From: Nemertoderma westbladi
Lineage: Eukaryota > Animalia > Xenacoelomorpha
Direction: 5' to 3'
Assembly (NCBI GenBank): GCA_032718475.1
Contig: JAUCBJ010002449.1
Location: 28,077-92,076, forward strand
DNA: 64,000 nucleotides
Shown here piece after piece: positions 1-12,600 of this stretch. The translations under genes and the position numbers were made by a program. The first letter of the stretch is position 1. The number at the start of each line of letters is the position of its first letter. A model generated the notes under the pieces. That model was given only the letters and a program-made list of their open reading frames with translations. It was not told the origin of the DNA and made no database searches.

Positions 1-3000
1 AAATAAGTAAACCTGTAAGGGTAAATAAGTAAACCTGTAAGGGTAAATAAGTAAACCTGTAAGGGTAAATAAGTAAACCTGTAAGGGTAAATAAGTAAAC
101 CTGTAAGGGTAAATAAGTAAACCTGTAAGGGTAAATAAGTAAACCTGTAAGGGTAAATAAGTAAACCTGTAAGGGTAAATAAGTAAACCTGTAAGGGTAA
201 ATAAGTAAACCTGTAAGGGTAAATAAGTAAACCTGTAAGGGTAAATAAGTAAACCTGTAAGGGTAAATAAGTAAACCTGTAAGGGTAAATAAGTAAACCT
301 GTAAGGGTAAATAAGTAAACCTATAAGGGTAAATAAGTAAACCTATAAGGGTAAATAAGTAAACCTGTAAGGGTAAATAAGTAAACCTGTAAGGGTAAAT
401 AAGTAAACCTGTAAGGGTAAATAAGTAAACCTATAAGGGTAAATAAGTAAACCTGTAAGGGTAAATAAGTAAACCTGTAAGGGTAAATAAGTAAACCTGT
501 AAGGGTAAATAAGTAAACCTGTAAGGGTAAATAAGTAAACCTGTAAGGGTAAATAAGTAAACCTGTAAGGGTAAATAAGTAAACCTGTAAGGGTAAATAA
601 GTAAACCTGTAAGGGTAAATAAGTAAACCTGTAAGGGTAAATAAGTAAACCTGTAAGGGTAAATAAGTAAACCTGTAAGGGTAAATAAGTAAACCTGTAA
701 GGGTAAATAAGTAAACCTGTAAGGGTAAATAAGTAAACCTGTAAGGGTAAATAAGTAAACCTGTAAGGGTAAATAAGTAAACCTGTAAGGGTAAATAAGT
801 AAACCTGTAAGGGTAAATAAGTAAACCTATAAGGGTAAATAAGTAAACCTGTAAGGGTAAATAAGTAAACCTGTAAGGGTAAATAAGTAAACCTGTAAGG
901 GTAAATAAGTAAACCTGTAAGGGTAAATAAGTAAACCTGTAAGGGTAAATAAGTAAACCTGTAAGGGTAAATAAGTAAACCTGTAAGGGTAAATAAGTAA
1001 ACCTGTAAGGGTAAATAAGTAAACCTGTAACGGTAAATAAGTAAACCTGTAAGGGTAAATAAGTAAACCTGTAAGGGTAAATAAGTAAACCTGTAAGGGT
1101 AAATAAGTAAACCTGTAAGGGTAAATAAGTAAACCTGTAAGGGTAAATAAGTAAACCTGTAAGGGTAAATAAGTAAACCTGTAAGGGTAAATAAGTAAAC
1201 CTGTAAGGGTAAATAAGTAAACCTGTAAGGGTAAATAAGTAAACCTATAAGGGTAAATAAGTAAACCTGTAAGGGTAAATAAGTAAACCTGTAAGGGTAA
1301 ATAAGTAAACCTGTAAGGGTAAATAAGTAAACCTGTAAGGGTAAATAAGTAAACCTGTAAGGGTAAATAAGTAAACCTGTAAGGGTAAATAAGTAAACCT
1401 ATAAGGGTAAATAAGTAAACCTATAAGGGTAAATAAGTAAACCTATAAGGGCAAATAAGTAAACCTGTAAGGGTAAATAAGTAAACCTGTAAGGGTAAAT
1501 AAGTAAACCTGTAAGGGTAAATAAGTAAACCTGTAAGGGTAAATAAGTAAACCTATAAGGGTAAATAAGTAAACCTATAAGGGTAAATAAGTAAACCTAT
1601 AAGGGCAAATAAGTAAACCTGTAAGGGTAAATAAGTAAACCTGTAAGGGTAAATAAGTAAACCTGTAAGGGTAAATAAGTAAACCTGTAAGGGTAAATAA
1701 GTAAACCTGTAAGGGTAAATAAGTAAACCTGTAAGGGTAAATAAGTAAACCTGTAAGGGTAAATAAGTAAACCTATAACGGTAAATAAGTAAACCTGTAA
1801 GGGTAAATAAGTAAACCTGTAAGGGTAAATAAGTAAACCTGTAAGGGTAAATAAGTAAACCTGTAAGGGTAAATAAGTAAACCTGTAAGGGTAAATAAGT
1901 AAACCTGTAAGGGTAAATAAGTAAACCTGTAAGGGTAAATAAGTAAACCTGTAAGGGTAAATAAGTAAACCTGTAAGGGTAAATAAGTAAACCTGTAAGG
2001 GTAAATAAGTAAACCTGTAAGGGTAAATAAGTAAACCTGTAAGGGTAAATAAGTAAACCTGTAAGGGTAAATAAGTAAACCTGTAAGGGTAAATAAGTAA
2101 ACCTGTAAGGGTAAATAAGTAAACCTGTAAGGGTAAATAAGTAAACCTGTAAGGGTAAATAAGTAAACCTGTAAGGGTAAATAAGTAAACCTGTAAGGGT
2201 AAATAAGTAAACCTGTAAGGGTAAATAAGTAAACCTGTAAGGGTAAATAAGTAAACCTGTAAGGGTAAATAAGTAAACCTGTAAGGGTAAATAAGTAAAC
2301 CTATAAGGGTAAATAAGTAAACCTATAAGGGTAAATAAGTAAACCTATAAGGGTAAATAAGTAAACCTATAAGGGTAAATAAGTAAACCTGTAACGGTAA
2401 ATAAGTAAACCTGTAAGGGTAAATAAGTAAACCTGTAAGGGTAAATAAGTAAACCTGTAAGGGTAAATAAGTAAACCTGTAAGGGTAAATAAGTAAACCT
2501 GTAAGGGTAAATAAGTAAACCTGTAAGGGTAAATAAGTAAACCTGTAAGGGTAAATAAGTAAACCTGTAAGGGTAAATAAGTAAACCTGTAAGGGTAAAT
2601 AAGTAAACCTATAAGGGTAAATAAGTAAACCTATAAGGGTAAATAAGTAAACCTATAAGGGTAAATAAGTAAACCTATAAGGGTAAATAAGTAAACCTGT
2701 AAGGGTAAATAAGTAAACCTGTAAGGGTAAATAAGTAAACCTATAAGGGTAAATAAGTAAACCTATAAGGGTAAATAAGTAAACCTATAAGGGTAAATAA
2801 GTAAACCTATAAGGGTAAATAAGTAAACCTGTAAGGGTAAATAAGTAAACCTGTAAGGGTAAATAAGTAAACCTGTAAGGGTAAATAAGTAAACCTGTAA
2901 GGGTAAATAAGTAAACCTGTAAGGGTAAATAAGTAAACCTGTAAGGGTAAATAAGTAAACCTGTAAGGGTAAATAAGTAAACCTATAAGGGTAAATAAGT

Positions 3001-3353
3001 AAACCTATAAGGGTAAATAAGTAAACCTGTAAGGGTAAATAAGTAAACCTATAACGGTAAATAAGTAAACCTGTAAGGGTAAATAAGTAAACCGACAAGG
3101 GTAAATAAGTAAACCTGTAAGGGTAAATAAGTAAACCTGTAAGGGTAAATAAGTAAACCTATAAGGGTAAATAAGTAAACCTATAAGGGTAAATAAGTAA
3201 ACCTATAAGGGTAAATAAGTAAACCTGTAAGGGTAAATAAGTAAACCTGTAAGGGTAAATAAGTAAACCGACAAGGGTAAATAAGTAAACCTATAAGGGT
3301 AAATAAGTAAACCTATAAGGGTAAATAAGTAATCCTGTAAGGGTAAATAAGTA
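1..3353. repeat. 22-bp tandem array (AAATAAGTAAACCTGTAAGGGT), about 150 copies, runs off the left edge
   Basis: Direct periodicity with G/A variants (CCTGTAA/CCTATAA). Minus strand reads TACTTATTTACCCTTACAG|GTT, which resembles a splice acceptor. Confidence 0.97.
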
Positions 3354-4022
3354 GCGTTACAGAAACTCCATCTGACCCGATTAGACGAAAACCTGGAGTC
3401 GGACGGGGATTGCTTGGTTTGATCATCCGACGGCTTTGTGATACGCCAGTCGTTCCATTTCCCAGCGTTCTAGAACCACAGACAACCCGACGCAGGAGTC
3501 CGAGCCCAAGTAGACCGAAATCACCGTGAGTCGTTTCAGGGGGCGAGGTCGAGCTCCATCAACGAACACACACGCGTCTAAGATTTCTGTTCTACTACTG
3601 ATATTACCCCATTTGACTGCTTTTTCTGTCGGCAGTATTGTCTTACGCTAGTTTTATCAACCCACTGGCTCGTTATACCCATATAAATCACATCGCGGCA
3701 AGTCTACAGTAGTTTAGGTCCATTAGCGATATAGTTAGGATTCGCTACACGGGGATTGTTTTCTCGCGAGTTTGGTCTGTTTCTGTAGACTGTACATCTG
3801 CCTCACCGGTTAGAGGCCGGGCATCCTGTTTGTCTAGTTAGCCCGGGCAATTGATTCGGCCAAGTTTAGGGGCAGACATCAGGCACCGATCTCGCCAGTA
3901 GTAGTTTGTGTACTTTTAGTATCTATTATTTAGATCTGTCCAGCCCTGGGATTTCACGGTAGATATTGTACAACCTTCTGTTATGGACTACTGGATTCTA
4001 CATTACTGTATCTGTATCTGTA

Positions 4023-6400
4023 GTTACTGTATCCGAGTTACTGTATCCGAGTTACTGTATCCGAGTTACTGTATCCGAGTTACTGTATCCGAGTTACTGT
4101 ATCCGAGTTACTGTATCCGAGTTACTGTATCCGAGTTACTGTATCCGAGTTACTGTATCCGAGTTACTGTATCCGAGTTACTGTATCCGAGTTACTGTAT
4201 CCGAGTTACTGTATCCGAGTTACTGTATCCGAGTTACTGTATCCGAGTTACTGTATCCGAGTTACTGTATCCGAGTTACTGTATCCGAGTTACTGTATCC
4301 GAGTTACTGTATCCGAGTTACTGTATCCGAGTTACTGTATCCGAGTTACTGTATCCGAGTTACTGTATCCGAGTTACTGTATCCGAGTTACTGTATCCGA
4401 GTTACTGTATCCGAGTTACTGTATCCGAGTTACTGTATCCGAGTTACTGTATCCGAGTTACTGTATCCGAGTTACTGTATCCGAGTTACTGTATCCGAGT
4501 TACTGTATCCGAGTTACTGTATCCGAGTTACTGTATCCGAGTTACTGTATCCGAGTTACTGTATCCGAGTTACTGTATCCGAGTTACTGTATCCGAGTTA
4601 CTGTATCCGAGTTACTGTATCCGAGTTACTGTATCCGAGTTACTGTATCCGAGTTACTGTATCCGAGTTACTGTATCCGAGTTACTGTATCCGAGTTACT
4701 GTATCCGAGTTACTGTATCCGAGTTACTGTATCCGAGTTACTGTATCCGAGTTACTGTATCCGAGTTACTGTATCCGAGTTAAGGTATCCGAGTTAAGGT
4801 ATCCGAGTTAAGGTATCCGAGTTACTGTATCCGAGTTACTGTATCCGAGTTACTGTATCCGAGTTACTGTATCCGAGTTACTGTATCCGAGTTACTGTAT
4901 CCGAGTTACTGTATCCGAGTTAAGGTATCCGAGTTACTGTATCCGAGTTACTGTATCCGAGTTACTGTATCCGAGTTACTGTATCCGAGTTACTGTATCC
5001 GAGTTAAGGTATCCGAGTTACTGTATCCGAGTTAAGGTATCCGAGTTAAGGTATCCGAGTTAAGGTATCCGAGTTACTGTATCCGAGTTAAGGTATCCGA
5101 GTTACTGTATCCGAGTTACTGTATCCGAGTTACTGTATCCGAGTTACTGTATCCGAGTTACTGTATCCGAGTTACTGTATCCGAGTTAAGGTATCCGAGT
5201 TAAGGTATCCGAGTTACTGTATCCGAGTTACTGTATCCGAGTTACTGTATCCGAGTTACTGTATCCGAGTTACTGTATCCGAGTTACTGTATCCGAGTTA
5301 CTGTATCCGAGTTACTGTATCCGAGTTACTGTATCCGAGTTACTGTATCCGAGTTACTGTATCCGAGTTACTGTATCCGAGTTACTGTATCCGAGTTACT
5401 GTATCCGAGTTACTGTATCCGAGTTACTGTATCCGAGTTACTGTATCCGAGTTACTGTATCCGAGTTACTGTATCCGAGTTACTGTATCCGAGTTACAGT
5501 ATCCGAGTTACTGTATCCGAGTTACTGTATCCGAGTTACTGTATCCGAGTTACTGTATCCGAGTTACTGTATCCGAGTTACTGTATCCGAGTTACTGTAT
5601 CCGAGTTACTGTATCCGAGTTACTGTATCCGAGTTACTGTATCCGAGTTACTGTATCCGAGTTACTGTATCCGAGTTACTGTATCCGAGTTACTGTATCC
5701 GAGTTACTGTATCCGAGTTACTGTATCCGAGTTACTGTATCCGAGTTACTGTATCCGAGTTACTGTATCCGAATTACTGTATCCGAGTTACTGTATCCGA
5801 GTTACTGTATCCGAGTTACTGTATCCGAGTTACTGTATCCGAGTTACTGTATCCGAGTTACTGTATCCGAGTTACTGTATCCGAGTTACTGTATCCGAGT
5901 TACTGTATCCGAGTTACTGTATCCGAGTTACTGTATCCGAGTTACTGTATCCGAGTTACTGTATCCGAGTTACTGTATCCGAGTTACTGTATCCGAGTTA
6001 CTGTATCCGAGTTACTGTATCCGAGTTACTGTATCCGAGTTACTGTATCCGAGTTACTGTATCCGAGTTACTGTATCCGAGTTACTGTATCCGAGTTACT
6101 GTATCCGAGTTACTGTATCCGAGTTACTGTATCCGAGTTACTGTATCCGAGTTACTGTATCCGAGTTACTGTATCCGAGTTACTGTATCCGAGTTACTGT
6201 ATCCGAGTTACTGTATCCGAGTTACTGTATCCGAGTTACTGTATCCGAGTTACTGTATCCGAGTTACTGTATCCGAGTTACTGTATCCGAGTTACTGTAT
6301 CCGAGTTACTGTATCCGAGTTACTGTATCCGAGTTACTGTATCCGAGTTACTGTATCCGAGTTACTGTATCCGAGTTACTGTATCCGAGTTACTGTGTCC
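4023..6400. repeat. 14-bp tandem array (GTTACTGTATCCGA), about 170 copies, intronic
   Basis: Near-perfect periodicity with a patch of GTTAAGGTATCCGA variants at about 4780-5200. Confidence 0.97.
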
Positions 6401-6474
6401 GGGATGATTCATTCCCGCGCGCTCTCAATACTTAAGATATTAATAAATGTGATGATCTAGAAATATTAAATAAC

Positions 6475-6667
6475 CTTTAGTTTCCTCATATTTCATATAC
6501 TCTAGCGTATTGTCGTCCTCCTGTCTGTGTATATCGGACAGCGTTGTTAACGTAGAAGTGTACCATTGTTCTGCTATGTCAGTATTGAGTAGCGATAGAT
6601 GCAGGTCTCCCAGGGATTCCTGGACACCGCATAGCAGCTTCAATGAGTCGAGATCCCGGTCTGTTTG
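6475..6667 (-). CDS. Host gene exon (QTDRDLDSLKLLCGVQESLGDLHL...EETK), TPR-like helices
   Basis: TTGTACAG| acceptor, AAAG|GTTAT donor; phase 0 to 1. Confidence 0.8.
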
Positions 6668-9600
6668 CTGTACAAGTTAAACACATTGGGTTACATCTAC
6701 ATGTTAGTATAGACGTGGTATGTGACGCTCTCCACAGCGAAAAATATTAACCGACTCTGATGGGGTTCGAACCCAGTACCTAGGGTTTCAAACATACCGT
6801 TTTATATTGTTTCAATACCATTTACACAAGTTACTCCATCCCCAGCAATATATATATTCATTTATGAATAATGCAATGTGAAGGCAGGAAATATATAGCA
6901 ATATTTTATTTGCATCTAATTAATTAGATATTATTATATATACCTGGGTTATTTGATGGTAAGCCAATGAAAACATTTCCTCTGACTGACTGAGGTAGCC
7001 CAACTCAGCCAATAGCTGCCCCGCATAGAAACTCAGTTTAATATTCTCAACTTGGGTTAAATCAGATAAACTTTTATTTCCATCACCTAAAACAAAACGG
7101 AAACTTTCAACAAATTAATTTTATGAGGTAAATATTTGGAGTTCGTTCCTATGATACGATGTTGGTTACTGCTTGGTTGCTAAGATACCAATGCGCGGAG
7201 TAAGGGTACTGTAAAAAAAATAAAAACGAAAAATATATACGAAATTTTTTCAGTTCAGCATATTGATTGATTGATTGATTTGCTTATTAATAATTTTTGT
7301 TAAAATTATTAATTATGTGAAATAATTTAACATTGAACGTGTTGCTGCGCGCGTGAATCCGTTACGTTGCGGGTATTACAAAACTGAGTAAAATCATAAA
7401 TAATAAAATCATATATAATAAGTTGGACAAACCGTTTCGATTATCCACCAATGGCTGGTCGGCAGACAGACATACGGATTCTGATTGGATGGATAGACTT
7501 CTCTGCGAAGCAGCCGATTGGCTAGCATCTTCGTATTCTTTGATGACCTCTAGCGGGAAGCTGGCAGATCGGGGTCTAAGTTTACCTCCTAAACCAATAA
7601 ACGGGGTCTAAGTTTACCACCTAAACCAATAAACGGGGTCTAAGTTTACCACCTAAACCAATAAACGGGGTCTAAGTTTACCACCTAAACCAATAAACGG
7701 GGTCTAAGTTTACCACCTAAACCAATAAACGGGGTCTAAGTTTACCTCCTAAACCAATAAACGGGGTCTAAGTTTACAACCTAAACCAATAAACGGGGTC
7801 TAAGTTTAAAACCTAAACCAATAAAGGGGGTCTAAGTTTACCACCTAAACCAATAAACGGGGTCTAAGTTTACCACCTAAACCAATAAACGGGGTCTAAG
7901 TTTAAAACCTAAACCAATAAACGGGGTCTAAGTTTACCTCCTAAACCAATAAACGGGGTCTAAGTTTACAACCTAAACCAATAAACGGGGTCTAAGTTTA
8001 CCACCTAAACCAATAAACGGGGTCTAAGTTTACCACCTAAACCAATAAACGGGGTCTAAGTTTACCACCTAAACCAATAAACGGGGTCTAAGTTTAAAAC
8101 CTAAACCAATAAACGGGGTCTAAGTTTACCTCCTAAACCAATAAACGGGGTCTAAGTTTACCACCTAAACCAATAAACGGGGTCTAAGTTTACCACCTAA
8201 ACCAATAAACGGGGTCTAAGTTTACCACCTAAACCAATAAACGGGGTCTAAGTTTACCTCCTAAACCAATAAACGGGGTCTAAGTTGACCACCTAAACCA
8301 ATAAACGGGGTCTAAGTTTACCACCTAAACCAATAAACGGGGTCTAAGTTTACCACCTAAACCAATAAACGGGGTCTAAGTTTACCACCTAAACCAATAA
8401 ACGGGGTCTAAGTTTACCACCTAAACCAATAAACGGGGTCTAAGGTTACCACCCAAACCAATAAACGGGGTCTAAGTTTACCACCTAAACCAATAAACGG
8501 GGTCTAAGTTTACCACCTAAACCAATAAACGGGGTCTAAGTTTACCACCTAAACCAATACTCGGGGCTAAGTTTACAACCTAAACTAATAAACGGGGTCT
8601 AAGTTTACCACCTAAACCAATAAACGGGGTCTAAGTTTACCCCCTAAACCAATAAACGGGGTCTAAGTTTACAACCTAAACCAATAAACGGGGTCTAAGT
8701 TTACCACCTAAACCAATAAACGGGGTCTAAGTTTACCTCCTAATCCAATAAACGGGGTCTAAGTTTACAACCTAAACCAATAAACGGGGTCTAAGTTTAA
8801 AACCTAAACCAATAAACGGGTTCTAAGTTTACCACCTAAACCAATAAACGGGGTCTAAGTTTACCTCCTAAACCAATAAACGGGGTCTAAGTTTACAACC
8901 TAAACCAATAAACGGGGTCTAAGTTTACCACCTAAACCAATAAACGGGGTCTAAGTTTACCACCTAAACCAATAAACGGGGTCTAAGTTTACCACCAAAA
9001 CCAATAAACGGGGTCTAAGTTTACCACCTAAACCAATAAACGGGTCTAAGTTTACCACCTAAACCAATAAACGGGGTCTAAGTTTACCACCTAAACCAAT
9101 AAACGGGGTCTAAGTTTACCACCTAAACCAATAAACGGGGTCTAAGTTTACCACCTAAACCAATAAACGGGGTCTAAGTTTAACACCTAAACCAATAAAC
9201 GGGGTCTAAGTTTACCACCTAAACCAATAAACGGGGTCTAAGTTTACCTCCTAAACCAATAAACGGGGTCTAAGTTTACCACCCAAACCAATAAACGGGG
9301 TCTAAGTTTACCACCTAAACCAATAAACGGGGTCTAAGTTTACCACCTAAACCAATAAACGGGGTCTAAGTTTACCACCTAAACCAATAAACGGGGTCTA
9401 AGTTTACCTCCTAAACCAATAAGCGGGGTCTAAGTTTTCAACCTAAACCAATAAACGGGGTCTAAGTTTACCACCTAAACCAATAAACGGGGTCTAAGTT
9501 TACCACCTAAACCAATAAACGGGGTCTAAGTTTACCACCTAAACCAATAAACGGGGTCTAAGTTTACCACCTAAACCAATAAACGGGGTCTAAGGTTACC

Positions 9601-12600
9601 ACCCAAACCAATAAACGGGGTCTAAGTTTACCACCTAAACCAATAAACGGGGTCTAAGTTTACCACCTAAACCAATAAACGGGGTCTAAGTTTACCACCT
9701 AAACCAATACTCGGGGCTAAGTTTACAACCTAAACTAATAAACGGGGTCTAAGTTTACCACCTAAACCAATAAACGGGGTCTAAGTTTACCTCCTAAACC
9801 AATAAACGGGGTCTAAGTTTACAACCTAAACCAATAAACGGGGTCTAAGTTTACCACCTAAACCAATAAACGGGGTCTAAGTTTACCTCCTAATCCAATA
9901 AACGGGGTCTAAGTTTACAACATAAACCAATAAACGGGGTCTAAGTTTACAACATAAACCAATAAACGGGGTCTAAGTTTACAACATAAACCAATAAACG
10001 GGGTCTAAGTTTACCACCTAAACCAATAAACGGGGTCTAAGTTTACAACCTAAACCAATAAACGGGGTCTAAGTTTACCACCTAAACCAATAAACAGGGT
10101 CTAAGTTTACCTCCTAAACCAATAAACGGGGTCTACGTTTACCACCTAAACCAATAAACGGGGTCTAAGTTTACCTCCTAAACCAATAAGCGGGGTCTAA
10201 GTTTACAACCTAAACCAATAAACGGGGTCTAAGTTTACAACATAAACCAATAAACGGGGTCTAAGTTTACAACATAAACCAATAAACGGGGTCTAAGTTT
10301 ACCACCTAAACCAATAAACGGGGTCTAAGTTTACAACCTAAACCAATAAACGGGGTCTAAGTTTACCACCTAAACCAATAAACAGGGTCTAAGTTTGCCT
10401 CCTAAACCAATAAACGGGGTCTACGTTTACCACCTAAACCAATAAACGGGGTCTAAGTTTACAACCTAAACCAATAAACGGGGTCTAAGTTTACCACCTA
10501 AACCAATAAACAGGGTCTAAGTTTACCTCCTAAACCAATAAACGGGGTCTACGTTTACCACCTAAACCAATAAACGGGGTCTAAGTTTACCTCCTAAACC
10601 AATAAGCGGGGTCTAAGTTTACAACCTAAACCAATAAACGGGGTCTAAGTTTACAACATAAACCAATAAACGGGGTCTAAGTTTACAACATAAACCAATA
10701 AACGGGGTCTAAGTTTACCACCTAAACCAATAAACGGGGTCTAAGTTTACAACCTAAACCAATAAACGGGGTCTAAGTTTACCACCTAAACCAATAAACA
10801 GGGTCTAAGTTTACCTCCTAAACCAATAAACGGGGTCTAAGTTTACCTCCTAAACCAATAAGCGGGGTCTAAGTTTACAACCTAAACCAATAAACGGGGT
10901 CTAAGTTTACCACCTAAACCAATAAACAGGGTCTAAGTTTACCTCCTAAACCAATAAACAGGGTCTAAGTTTACCTCCTAAACCAATAAACGGGGTCTAC
11001 GTTTACCACCTAAACCAATAAACGGGGTCTAAGTTTACCTCCTAAACCAATAAACGGGGTCTAAGTTTACCTCCTAAACCAATAAACGGGGTCTAAGTTT
11101 ACCACCTAAACCAATAAACGGGGTCTAAGTTTACCACCTAAACCAATAAACGAGGTCTAAGTTTAAAACCTAAACCAATAAACGGGGTCCTAGTTTACCA
11201 CCTAAACCAATAAACGGGGTCTAAGTTTACCACCTAAACCAATAAACGGGGTCTAAGTTTACCACCTAAACCAATAAACGGGTTCTAAGTTTACCACCTA
11301 AACCAATAAACGGGGTCTAAGTTTACCACCTAAACCAATAAACGGGGTCTAAGTTTACCACCAAAACCAATAAACGGGGTCTAAGTTTACAACCTAAACC
11401 AATAAACGGGGTCTAAGTTTACCACCTAAACCAATAAACAGGGTCTAAGTTTACCTCCTAAACCAATAAACAGGGTCTAAGTTTACCTCCTAAACCAATA
11501 AACGGGGTCTACGTTTACCACCTAAACCAATAAACGGGGTCTAAGTTTACCTCCTAAACCAATAAACGGGGTCTAAGTTTACCTCCTAAACCAATAAACG
11601 GGGTCTAAGTTTACCACCTAAACCAATAAACGGGGTCTAAGTTTACCACCTAAACCAATAAACGAGGTCTAAGTTTAAAACCTAAACCAATAAACGGGGT
11701 CCTAGTTTACCACCTAAACCAATAAACGGGGTCTAAGTTTACCACCTAAACCAATAAACGGGGTCTAAGTTTACCACCTAAACCAATAAACGGGTTCTAA
11801 GTTTACCACCTAAACCAATAAACGGGGTCTAAGTTTACCACCTAAACCAATAAACGGGGTCTAAGTTTACCACCAAAACCAATAAACGGGGTCTAAGTTT
11901 ACCACCTAAACCAATAAACGGGGTCTAAGTTTACCACCTAAACCAATAAACGGGGTCTAAGTTTACCACCTAAACCAATAAACGGGGTCTAAGTTTACCA
12001 CCTATACCAATAAACGGGGTCTAAGTTTAACACCTAAACCAATAAACGGGGTGTAAGTTTACCACCTAAACCAATAAACGGGGTCTAAGTTTACCACCAA
12101 AACCAATAAACGGGGTCTAAGTTTACCACCTAAACCAATAAACGGGGTCTAAGTTTACCACCTAAACCAATAAACGGGGTCTAAGTTTACCACCTAAACC
12201 AATAAACGGGGTCTAAGTTTACCACCTAAACCAATAAACGGGGTCTAAGTTTACCACCTAAACCAATAAACGGGGTCTAAGTTTACCTCCTAAACCCAAT
12301 TAATTCTAAATTTATTAAACACAAAAAAATCAGATAATATTAAAAGGGAAATAAATCTCAATAAATAATCATGAAAAGGGTCTTACCAATGGACAGCGGG
12401 GGAAACTTGGGGGTTGATTCATCAGTTTCGTCATGGGAACTAGAAATACTATCACTATCAGTTGTATTGACAGAACTTTTATCGTCTTTGTGAGGTTTAA
12501 AAACTGCCTGTATATAAATTAATTAACATAATTAACTAGATTAATTAACTAACATATAGTTAACTAAGTTATCATAAAACATTAAAAAAAATAAAAATTT

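Noticed and set aside
2763-4811. Repetitive ORFs (YPYRFTYLPLQV, VTVSELLYPSYCIR)
   Set aside because: Translations of the 22- and 14-bp arrays.
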